A stretch of DNA of 64,000 bases from Sphingobacteriia bacterium (lineage in GTDB: Bacteria; Bacteroidota; Bacteroidia; Chitinophagales; Chitinophagaceae). The notes beneath the pieces are model-generated. The model made no database searches. It saw only the letters and a list, made by a program, of their open reading frames with translations, and had not been told where the DNA came from. Every line of letters begins with the position of its first letter. The first letter of the stretch is position 1. The stretch lies in NCBI GenBank assembly GCA_947452295.1, contig CANGCK010000013.1, positions 872-64,871 of the forward strand, in the 5' to 3' direction. The translations under genes and the position numbers were made by a program. Shown here one piece after another: positions 10,233 to 18,785 of the stretch.

Positions 10233-11587
10233 ATAAGCTAACCCAAATTAAAAATATTTATTTTATTGGAATTGGAGGAATAGGAATGAGTGCTTTAGCT
10301 CGTTATTTTTTATCTAAAGGAGCTAAAGTAAGTGGTTATGATAAAACATCAACTGTATTAACTTCATCATTAGAACAGGAGGGAATTACAATTCATTATT
10401 CTGAGGACATTGCATTAGCTGATAAAAACGCCGATGTGGTTGTTTATACTCCTGCTATACCAGCAAATCATGCTGAATTAGTATATTTTCGAGAAAACAA
10501 TTATACTGTAGTTAAGAGAAGTGATATCCTGCAGTGGATTACCGAAAATTCATTTAATATCTGTGTTGCCGGCACACATGGTAAAACTACAGTTACTTCA
10601 ATGATTGCTCATATTCTCCGCCACAGCCAATTTGGCTGTAATGCTTTTTTAGGAGGAATTGCCGCAAATTATCAAACCAATTTCTGGAGTCACGAAAAAA
10701 ATGTAGTTGTTGTTGAAGCTGATGAATATGACAGAAGTTTCTTGAAATTATTTCCAGATATAGCGGTGATAACTTCCATGGACCCAGATCATTTAGATAT
10801 TTATGGGACTGCCAATGAAGTAGAAAATGCATTCGTGCAATTTGCAGGGAAAGTAAAACCCGGTGGGTGTATTGTATCTAAACTTGGTTTGACTAGAGAG
10901 GCTGAATTACATGCAGATTTTCAATATACTTATGATTATAATAATTTGCGTGCAAATATTTCGATAAAAAACTTACAAGTTATAAATGGCAGTTATTACT
11001 TTTCTGTTGTAAGTGCAAAATGGGAAATAAATGACATGATATTGCACATGGGGGGATTACACAACATAGATAATATTTTAGCTGCCATCTCAGTAGCGAA
11101 ACATATTGGAATTTCAGATGATAAAATACGGCTTGCAGTTGAAAGTTATAAAGGAGTAAAACGTAGATTCGAATATGCACTTAAGTCTGAAAAACATACA
11201 GTTATTGATGATTATGCACATCATCCTGAAGAATTAAATGCGTTAATTGCTGGCGTTAGAAGTATATTCCCTAATATTAAACTCACATTGGTTTTTCAAC
11301 CTCATCTATTTAGTCGAACCAAAGATCAAGCTGAGGGTTTTGCAAAAAGTTTAGATCTAGCAGATGAAGTATTGTTATTGCCTATATATCCAGCACGTGA
11401 ACTGCCAATGGAAGGAGTTAATAGTGAGTTGGTTTTACATAAAATGAAATTGGTCAATAAGCAAGTAATTCAAAAAGAGGCATTATTAAATTGGATGAGT
11501 GAAAATAAACCTGAATTGGTTGTTATGGCTGGTGCGGGCGATATTGATGCAATGGTAAAAATCGTAAAAGACATTTTAGAAAATTAG
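10229..11587 (+). CDS. murC: UDP-N-acetylmuramate--L-alanine ligase
   Basis: GIGGIGMSALA and AGTHGKTT motifs; ATGA start/stop overlap with murG. Confidence 0.92.
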   Translation: MNKLTQIKNIYFIGIGGIGMSALARYFLSKGAKVSGYDKTSTVLTSSLEQEGITIHYSEDIALADKNADVVVYTPAIPANHAELVYFRENNYTVVKRSDILQWITENSFNICVAGTHGKTTVTSMIAHILRHSQFGCNAFLGGIAANYQTNFWSHEKNVVVVEADEYDRSFLKLFPDIAVITSMDPDHLDIYGTANEVENAFVQFAGKVKPGGCIVSKLGLTREAELHADFQYTYDYNNLRANISIKNLQVINGSYYFSVVSAKWEINDMILHMGGLHNIDNILAAISVAKHIGISDDKIRLAVESYKGVKRRFEYALKSEKHTVIDDYAHHPEELNALIAGVRSIFPNIKLTLVFQPHLFSRTKDQAEGFAKSLDLADEVLLLPIYPARELPMEGVNSELVLHKMKLVNKQVIQKEALLNWMSENKPELVVMAGAGDIDAMVKIVKDILEN

Positions 11588-11679
11588 CCTATTAATTAGT
11601 TATACCCTAGCGATAGATAACAGCAGTGAATACATTAGTTAGGCGAATTCTTAGGTAATAAAAAAATAGAAAATTATTC

Positions 11680-12672
11680 ATGAACTATCCAACAAATTGG
11701 AAGAAATTAATGTGGCGCATTTGCTGGGTACTTACGGCAGTAGGAATAATTGTATTTTATATTGTAAGTAAAATAAATAAGAATAATAAAAAGTGTACAG
11801 ATATTAAAATTGAAATTGTTAATACCGATAACCAACTTTTTATTGACGAAAAAGACATTTTGGAGTTATTAACAACAAACGGAAATATAATTGGAAAGCC
11901 AATTCAAGCCATTGTATTGCGTGAATTGGAATCAATAGTTGAACAAAATAAATGGGCTAAAAATGCCGAAATTTATTTCGATAACAATCAAGTGTTACAA
12001 ATAAAAATAGAAGAGCGAGTTCCAATCGCCAGAATATTTCAGGCTGATGGAAATTCTTTTTATATAGATACCGCAGCCACTCTCTTACCTTTAAGTAATA
12101 AAGTTAGTGCCCGAGTTCCCCTATTTACGGGTTGTTCGGTAAAACAAAAAAATGACACTGGTTTTTTAAAACAAGTCATTGAAGTCGCAAAATATATACA
12201 TGCAGATTCTTTTTATACTGCACTTATTGCTCAAATTGAGATAACACCCAACAATAAATTTGAAATAATTCCGTTATTGGGTAGTCATATTGTTAGGTTA
12301 GGTGATGCTGCTGAAATGAACAATAAACTTCATCGCTTAGCTATTTTTTATAAACAAGCTTGGATGCAATATGGGATAAATCAATACCAAGTACTTGATG
12401 TGCAGTATGATAACCAGGTTATTGGCATAAAAAATGCCCAATTGCATGGTAAGCAACGGAATTTGGTAGACACTACCTTATTAACGGGAAGTGATTCAAT
12501 GGCTATTCAACCAGTCAAAATTTTGCCCAAGCTGGTTGTAATTCATCAAAAGCCCAAAAATACCTCACCTAAACGGGTAGTTTTACCTAAAGTAGCACCC
12601 AAACAAATAAAAACTCCAAAAACTTTGATGCCCAAAAACAATAAAACGATTAAAAAACCGTTAAGAAGTTAA
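11680..12672 (+). CDS. ftsQ: Cell division protein FtsQ-like (TM anchor plus POTRA-like region, Lys/Pro-rich tail)
   Basis: N-terminal TM segment (ICWVLTAVGIIVFYIV), slot between murC and ftsA, and a C-terminal basic K/P-rich tail. The call is mainly positional. Confidence 0.7.
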   Translation: MNYPTNWKKLMWRICWVLTAVGIIVFYIVSKINKNNKKCTDIKIEIVNTDNQLFIDEKDILELLTTNGNIIGKPIQAIVLRELESIVEQNKWAKNAEIYFDNNQVLQIKIEERVPIARIFQADGNSFYIDTAATLLPLSNKVSARVPLFTGCSVKQKNDTGFLKQVIEVAKYIHADSFYTALIAQIEITPNNKFEIIPLLGSHIVRLGDAAEMNNKLHRLAIFYKQAWMQYGINQYQVLDVQYDNQVIGIKNAQLHGKQRNLVDTTLLTGSDSMAIQPVKILPKLVVIHQKPKNTSPKRVVLPKVAPKQIKTPKTLMPKNNKTIKKPLRS

Positions 12673-12683
12673 ATACGTACGTT

Positions 12684-14078
12684 ATGAATGACAATGAAGC
12701 ACCCATCATTGTAGGTCTGGATATCGGCACCACTAAAATAGCAGCAATTGCCGGTCGGAAAAATGAGCATGGGAAACTAGAAATTTTGGGATTTGGACGT
12801 GCCAGCAGTAATGGAGTGGAGCATGGTCTTGTGTTAAATATTGATCAATCAATCAAAGCAATTTTAAATGCTTTGGATAATTGTGCTAAAAGTAATCCCG
12901 ACTTAGAAATATCAGAAGTATATGTTGGAATAGCAGGACATCACATTAAAAGTCTCCAAAATAGAGATCATATTGTACGTCAAACACCTGATGTTGAAAT
13001 AAACAGCGAGGAAATTGAACAGCTTATCAGCAATCAACGGAAAATATTTATTCCAGCAGGAGATCAAATTATTGATGTAATTCCTCAAGATTATTATGTA
13101 GATAGTAATCAAAATGTAAAAGATCCAATAGGTTATAACGGTGTTACCGTTGGGGCAAATTTTCATATTATAACAGGTGATAGAAACGCTATTCGTAATA
13201 TCAATAGGGCAGTTGAGAGAAGTCATTTAAAAGCCAAGGATTTAGTATTACAACCTTTAGCATCTGCTAGCGCTGTAATGAGCGAACACGATTTAGAAGC
13301 TGGAGTAGCTATTTTGGATATTGGTGGCGGTACCAGTGATTTAGCGGTATTTTGTGAAGGTGTATTAAAACATACAGCTGTTATTCCATTTGGTGGTGGT
13401 AATATTACAAATGATATTAAAAGAGGATTGGGAGTATTGCAAAGTCAGGCAGAAGCAATGAAAATTCAGTTTGGAAGTGCTTGGCCGGACAATACAAAGT
13501 CTAATGCTTTTATTACAATACCCGGCTTAAGAGGTATGCCCACTAGAGAAATTTCTGTGAGAAATCTCGCATCTATCATTAATGCAAGAATGAGTGAGAT
13601 ACTTGATTTTGTTACTTTTCAGTTAAAACAAGTAGGCATGGATCATCATGAGTTAAATGGTGGTATCATCTTAACTGGTGGGGGGTCTCAATTAAAACAT
13701 TTAATACAATTAACAGAATATATTACTGGTTTAAATGCTAGAATTGGCTTACCCAATGAGCATCTAGCTGCAAATCATATCGATGAGTTGAAAAAACCAA
13801 TGTATGCTACTTGTATTGGATTAATTTTGAAAGGTTATAATGATTATGAAAATAAGTACAAAGATTTTAATGGCACTTTTGTTAAAGTAGATGTGCCTAA
13901 GAATTTAACTAAGGTTAAAGCGAAGGAAGTTGAAACTGAGGTTAAAGAAGAAAATAAGAATCTTAACGTTGAAAATTCATCGCAAAATAAAAAGGCAGCT
14001 AGAAAAGGCATTTGGGATAAATTTAAAAATAATCTCATTGAGCTCTTTCAAGAAGATCCTGATCAAATAATTCGATAA
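12684..14078 (+). CDS. ftsA: Cell division protein FtsA
   Basis: Actin-fold phosphate motifs GLDIGTTKI and DIGGGTSD; immediately upstream of ftsZ. Confidence 0.9.
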   Translation: MNDNEAPIIVGLDIGTTKIAAIAGRKNEHGKLEILGFGRASSNGVEHGLVLNIDQSIKAILNALDNCAKSNPDLEISEVYVGIAGHHIKSLQNRDHIVRQTPDVEINSEEIEQLISNQRKIFIPAGDQIIDVIPQDYYVDSNQNVKDPIGYNGVTVGANFHIITGDRNAIRNINRAVERSHLKAKDLVLQPLASASAVMSEHDLEAGVAILDIGGGTSDLAVFCEGVLKHTAVIPFGGGNITNDIKRGLGVLQSQAEAMKIQFGSAWPDNTKSNAFITIPGLRGMPTREISVRNLASIINARMSEILDFVTFQLKQVGMDHHELNGGIILTGGGSQLKHLIQLTEYITGLNARIGLPNEHLAANHIDELKKPMYATCIGLILKGYNDYENKYKDFNGTFVKVDVPKNLTKVKAKEVETEVKEENKNLNVENSSQNKKAARKGIWDKFKNNLIELFQEDPDQIIR

Positions 14079-14115
14079 GAAATACTACTAATACTACTAA
14101 CCCAAAAAATTTGAT

Positions 14116-15930
14116 ATGATAGAATTTGATCTTCCTAAACAAAAATCATCCATTATAAAAGTTTTGGGTGTTGGCGGTGGTGGCAGCAATGCTGTTAACT
14201 ACATGTTCGATCAAAATATAGAAGGTGTTGATTTTATTATTTGTAACACCGATGCAAAAGCTATCGAACTCAGTAAAATTCCTAATAAAATTCAACTTGG
14301 ACCACATCTTACACAGGGCCTAGGTGCTGGCGCTAATCCTGAAGTGGGTAAAAAAGCAACTGAGGAATCGTTAGAAGAGATTAAACGCATTTTAGAAGTG
14401 AATACTAAAATGGCATTTATTACAGTTGGTATGGGCGGTGGAACTGGAACAGGTGGTGCACCTATTATTGCTCAAATTTGTAAAAATCTTGGCATACTTA
14501 CAGTAGGAATTGTAACTACTCCTTTTGCTTTTGAAGGACCACGTAGGCTTCAACAAGCACAAGAAGGTATTGATGCATTAAAGCCATATGTAGATACTCT
14601 TTTAGTTATCAGCAACGATAAACTTCGTATGCAATATGGTAATTTGAAAATGAGAGATGCATTTTCAAAAGCTGATAATGTTTTGGCCACTGCTGCAAAA
14701 TGTATAACAGATATCATAAATAGTAGAGGACATATCATTTTAGACTTTGCAGATGTTTGCACTGTAATGAAAAATGGTGGAGTAGCAATACTTGGTAAAG
14801 CAGAAGTAGAAGGTGAAAATCGTGCGCAAATAGCTATCGAAGAAGCACTCAATTCTCCATTGCTGAATGACAACGAAATTAAAGGTGCAAAATGGATTTT
14901 AATCAATATTTATAGCGCAGAAGGTGAGCATGAATGTACAATGGATGAAATTGAAACAATCAATAATTATCTAAGAATGCAAGCCGGTGAAGGCGCCGAT
15001 GTGATTGTGGGAACTGGTATAGATGCGTCGCTCGATAAAAAAATTGGAATCACTTTAATTGCTACTGGATTTGAACACAAAGATCCTTTTTCTAAAGAAG
15101 CTGCAATACAAATCCCTGCTTTAAAAGAAGAAAAAATTGTAATGAAATTAAACATAGAAAATGAAGGGGTTTTATTACAACCAGATTTATTTTCAGCACA
15201 ACAACCTCAGCAAAAAATTACAGAAGCTCAACAAATAAATCCTGAAGTAATTGCTAATGAATTAATGCCTACTTTAAAAGATGATTCATCTATTGAAAAA
15301 TCTATAGAGACAAATGATTCAAACGTATTTCATTTTGAACTTAATAATGAAATTACATCATCAACTCTTACTCCCGCTAATTTTGAACACGAATTGAAGG
15401 ATACTTCTGCAGATTCAGCAAGATTGCATGATTTCAAGCTCAACGAGAAAAATTCGATCAATGTTCAAAAAGAGTTGCTAAGCAAGCCCCTAAATATCTA
15501 TGATGAAGAAGTAGAACAAACCAATGTAACAGCTAATTTCAATCAATTTGAAGAAAAGGAAATAGATGAACCGCTTTTTAATATGCAAATCATTGAAAAG
15601 CAGGAAGTTAGTTTAAAAGTAGAAAATAAAGAAGAACCACAACCCCGTTCATTCTTTGCAGATGGAGTATACAATGATGAAGCAGAAGACCAAAAAAGAA
15701 GAGCAGCCGAAAGACTGCAAAAATTGCGCAATCTCTCATATAATACCAATGATGTAAATACTGAATATGATGCAGTTCCTGCTTATGTTAGAAGAAATAT
15801 GGAATTGTTTGGTAATACACTTACATCGGTAGAAAATTTTTATAGTATGTATACTGTAGGAAAAGATGATAATAATAATGCACATATCTCTGGTATCAAT
15901 ACCTTCTTAGAAGGAAAAAAACCCGACTAA
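14116..15930 (+). CDS. ftsZ: Cell division GTPase FtsZ (long C-terminal linker and extension)
   Basis: GVGGGGSNAV and the tubulin signature GMGGGTGTGGAP. The conserved C-terminal peptide DAVPAYVRRNMELF lies at 15769-15810 and is followed by 39 further residues. Confidence 0.95.
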   Translation: MIEFDLPKQKSSIIKVLGVGGGGSNAVNYMFDQNIEGVDFIICNTDAKAIELSKIPNKIQLGPHLTQGLGAGANPEVGKKATEESLEEIKRILEVNTKMAFITVGMGGGTGTGGAPIIAQICKNLGILTVGIVTTPFAFEGPRRLQQAQEGIDALKPYVDTLLVISNDKLRMQYGNLKMRDAFSKADNVLATAAKCITDIINSRGHIILDFADVCTVMKNGGVAILGKAEVEGENRAQIAIEEALNSPLLNDNEIKGAKWILINIYSAEGEHECTMDEIETINNYLRMQAGEGADVIVGTGIDASLDKKIGITLIATGFEHKDPFSKEAAIQIPALKEEKIVMKLNIENEGVLLQPDLFSAQQPQQKITEAQQINPEVIANELMPTLKDDSSIEKSIETNDSNVFHFELNNEITSSTLTPANFEHELKDTSADSARLHDFKLNEKNSINVQKELLSKPLNIYDEEVEQTNVTANFNQFEEKEIDEPLFNMQIIEKQEVSLKVENKEEPQPRSFFADGVYNDEAEDQKRRAAERLQKLRNLSYNTNDVNTEYDAVPAYVRRNMELFGNTLTSVENFYSMYTVGKDDNNNAHISGINTFLEGKKPD

Positions 15931-15974
15931 CTGTTTATAATAGGGTTATTGCTTATTGATAGATTTTTATGTGA

Positions 15975-16001
15975 ACCTCTTGCTATTGCAAGAGGTTTTT
16001 T
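15975..16001 (+). terminator. Rho-independent terminator after ftsZ
   Basis: Stem acctcttgc / gcaagaggt, loop tatt, followed by a T run. Confidence 0.75.
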
Positions 16002-16044
16002 ATTAGAACCTTTTGTTCATCTACTTGTTAAAAAATAAAAAATT

Positions 16045-16974
16045 ATGCCTACTGTATTAATCACCGGCGGTACTGGAACAATAGGAAAAAGGTTAACTAC
16101 TCTTCTTTTACAAAAAGGATATTCTGTAAACATCCTCACTCGTAACAATATACCTTCCAATCAACCAAATTTAACTCATTTTCAGTGGGACATTAATGCG
16201 CAAACCATCGATCCGCTTGCTATTCAATCAGCTCAGTTTATTATTCATTTAGCTGGAGCCGGAGTAGCTGATAAAAGATGGTCCACATATCGGAAAAATG
16301 AAATTTTAAATAGTAGAATCAAAAGTAGTGCGCTTATTGTTAAGGCATTAAATGAAATAAAGAACAATGTGCAAGCAGTAATCAGCGCATCAGCAATTGG
16401 ATGGTATGGCCCCGATTTGAGTAGTACACCACCTGATGGCTTTAAAGAAACTGATGCTGCTTATGATGATTTTTTAGGCAATACTTGTGCAGCATGGGAG
16501 AAGAGTGTCAAACCTGTTGTACAGCTGGGTAAAAGGTTGGTTATTCTAAGAACAGGGATTGTGTTGAGTAATAAAGGTGGTGCATTGGTTGAATTCATGA
16601 AACCATTGAAATTTAAAATAGCACCTATTTTGGGAAACGGGAAGCAAATGATTAGTTGGATACATATCGATGATTTATGTGACCAATATATATGGGCAAT
16701 TGAAAATACTGATATGAAGGGTGTGTACAATGCTGTTGCTCCATCTCCTATTTCCAATAAAAATTTAGTATTGGCATTAGCACTAAAAGTAGTTGGAAAG
16801 TATTTTATAACTTTTAATGTACCCTCTTTTATACTTAAAGTAATATTAGGAGAGATGAGCATTGAAGTGCTAAAGAGTACAACAGTTAGTTGCCAAAAAA
16901 TATTGGAACAAGGATACTGTTTTAAATATCCATTGATTAAAGATGCACTCCAACAATTACTAGTAACTGATTAA
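16045..16974 (+). CDS. SDR-family epimerase-like protein, YfcH/DUF1731 type
   Basis: N-terminal Rossmann motif ITGGTGTIGKRL; ~300 aa; C-terminal region typical of TIGR01777-like proteins (recognised loosely). Confidence 0.7.
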   Translation: MPTVLITGGTGTIGKRLTTLLLQKGYSVNILTRNNIPSNQPNLTHFQWDINAQTIDPLAIQSAQFIIHLAGAGVADKRWSTYRKNEILNSRIKSSALIVKALNEIKNNVQAVISASAIGWYGPDLSSTPPDGFKETDAAYDDFLGNTCAAWEKSVKPVVQLGKRLVILRTGIVLSNKGGALVEFMKPLKFKIAPILGNGKQMISWIHIDDLCDQYIWAIENTDMKGVYNAVAPSPISNKNLVLALALKVVGKYFITFNVPSFILKVILGEMSIEVLKSTTVSCQKILEQGYCFKYPLIKDALQQLLVTD

Positions 16975-17802
16975 TTACTTTATATCTCTTTTTTGATGAA
17001 CTTTATAACAAATTCCCCAAATAATAGCAGTAAAAATTAACGAATACAATACTTGCTGTGGAACTATTTCTAGGGAAGCTTGGTATTTGCTTTTAGCATC
17101 TACTCCCAAATTGCTAATAAATGCTGGCAGTACTAAAATTCGATCCGATACCTCAAAAGGTAGGAAACCTGTAATAGGTATTTTTTTAAGCGTTAGGTAA
17201 CCTACTAAAATATTTTCTACGATTAAATTATAAAAAATAAAAATCCCCAATGCGATGAAAGCTTTACGTACAAAGTATCCTAATAAAAATGCAATAGAAA
17301 GTTGAGAAAATATTTGTACATAAAACAAGGGAACGTAATAAAGTTGCTCAAAACATCTACTCCAATTGTTAGGGTCGGCTTTAAAGCCAAAACCAAGGGC
17401 TACAAAAAAATAAACGAAGGTTGCAATGAACGAAATGATTAATACATCAATTAATTTACTTGATATAAATTCAGAACGACTCCAACCATCAATAATATTT
17501 TGTCGATTGGTTTTAAAATTATACTCATTCGTAACGAGCATTATTACAAGAATAGCCGGTAAAAAAATAAAGTGTGATGAAAAATATGCCACGGTATGCC
17601 ATGTTTCCGGAAAAGCATATGGATTGCCTAAAAAAGTTCTTGCCAATTGATTGGCAATATCTTTACCTGTAGTAATATCCTCATAAATATAAAAGAAGCC
17701 GATGTTTATACCTGGATATGTAAGTAAAACTATGACTAACATCCACCAAAATGCTGGATAGTTCTTGATTTTAAGCCATTCTATTTTTAATAATGATAAC
17801 AT
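16975..17802 (-). CDS. ABC-2 type transporter permease
   Basis: 275 aa with about 6 hydrophobic segments; directly downstream of an ABC ATPase on the same strand. Confidence 0.7.
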   Translation of the reverse strand: MLSLLKIEWLKIKNYPAFWWMLVIVLLTYPGINIGFFYIYEDITTGKDIANQLARTFLGNPYAFPETWHTVAYFSSHFIFLPAILVIMLVTNEYNFKTNRQNIIDGWSRSEFISSKLIDVLIISFIATFVYFFVALGFGFKADPNNWSRCFEQLYYVPLFYVQIFSQLSIAFLLGYFVRKAFIALGIFIFYNLIVENILVGYLTLKKIPITGFLPFEVSDRILVLPAFISNLGVDAKSKYQASLEIVPQQVLYSLIFTAIIWGICYKVHQKRDIK

Positions 17803-17813
17803 TAAAATGATTT

Positions 17814-18710
17814 TTAGTCGTTGGTCAATTCGAAAAATTTAGACTCTAAACTTTTTCTTTTGTTGAATAATAATTGTAAAGTAATGCCTTTGTTGAAGCA
17901 ATATTGATTGATTGCTTCAAGGTTGGCTGTACCTATTGGAAAATGAATTTGAATGAGATCACCTTCCTCTTTTAATAATGTATAGCCACCCATTTCCACT
18001 AAACAATTTTTTAATTGGGCTAAATTAGTTGCGCTAACTTGTACAATTTCTTCATTTAAGAGTACTTCATTTACAGGCCCTGAAGTAAGTAATACCCCTT
18101 TTTTCAAAATAGCAACATGTGAGCAAAATTTTTCTACTTCATCTAAAAGATGACTGGCAATGATAACTGTAATTCCTTTATTTGAAAGTGAATGAATTAA
18201 ATTTCTGATTTCTGCTATACCAACTGGATCTAGTCCATTAGTTGGCTCGTCTAATAAAAGCACTTCCGGATTACCTAGCAAAGCTGCAGCAATTGCTAAA
18301 CGTTGTTTCATCCCTAAGCTAAAAGTGCTGAACTTGCTATTTTTTCTTTCCAGCAGATTAACAGTTGATAATACTTCATTGAGGTTTTCTATAGAACCTC
18401 GCCCACTTATTGCCTGGGTAATTTTTAAATTATTTACTGCTGATAGGTAGTGATAAAAATTAGGCGTTTCAAGTAATGAACCAATTTTTTTTCTTTCATG
18501 TGCTTGATTAGAATTGCCAAACCAATTGTATGTCCCACTATCTGCTTTGAGAATATCTAAAATAATACTCATTAAAGTGGTTTTCCCACTTCCATTGGGT
18601 CCTAAAATTCCGAACACACTTCCTTTGGGAATGGTTAAAGAAACATTATTTAATGCTGTAATCGTCTTATAATGTTTGCTAATGTTGTTTACTGATAATA
18701 TTGTTTCCAT
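17814..18710 (-). CDS. ABC transporter ATP-binding protein
   Basis: Walker A GPNGSGKTT, signature LSLGMKQRL, Walker B LLLDEPTNGLD. Confidence 0.9.
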   Translation of the reverse strand: METILSVNNISKHYKTITALNNVSLTIPKGSVFGILGPNGSGKTTLMSIILDILKADSGTYNWFGNSNQAHERKKIGSLLETPNFYHYLSAVNNLKITQAISGRGSIENLNEVLSTVNLLERKNSKFSTFSLGMKQRLAIAAALLGNPEVLLLDEPTNGLDPVGIAEIRNLIHSLSNKGITVIIASHLLDEVEKFCSHVAILKKGVLLTSGPVNEVLLNEEIVQVSATNLAQLKNCLVEMGGYTLLKEEGDLIQIHFPIGTANLEAINQYCFNKGITLQLLFNKRKSLESKFFELTND

Positions 18711-18785
18711 GGTAAAAAGATAAAACCTATATTCAATTAGGTTTTATGTAGTTATTTTAACCTTTATTTCTATGTTAATAAAATT

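Noticed and set aside
14550-14906. 118-aa ORF antisense to ftsZ. Similar long antisense ORFs lie at 1526-1783, 8170-8475, 12912-13226, 16461-16862, 19102-19464, 29189-29497, 50984-51301 and 59169-59486.
   Set aside because: Each lies wholly inside a strongly supported gene on the other strand. They have no recognisable motifs and a low-complexity or odd composition, so they are typical shadow ORFs.
16975-18710. Assigning the ABC ATPase/permease pair to gliding-motility GldA/GldF.
   Set aside because: Only generic ABC motifs are visible, there is no adjacent gldG-like gene, and I cannot distinguish GldA from other ABC-2 exporters by eye.
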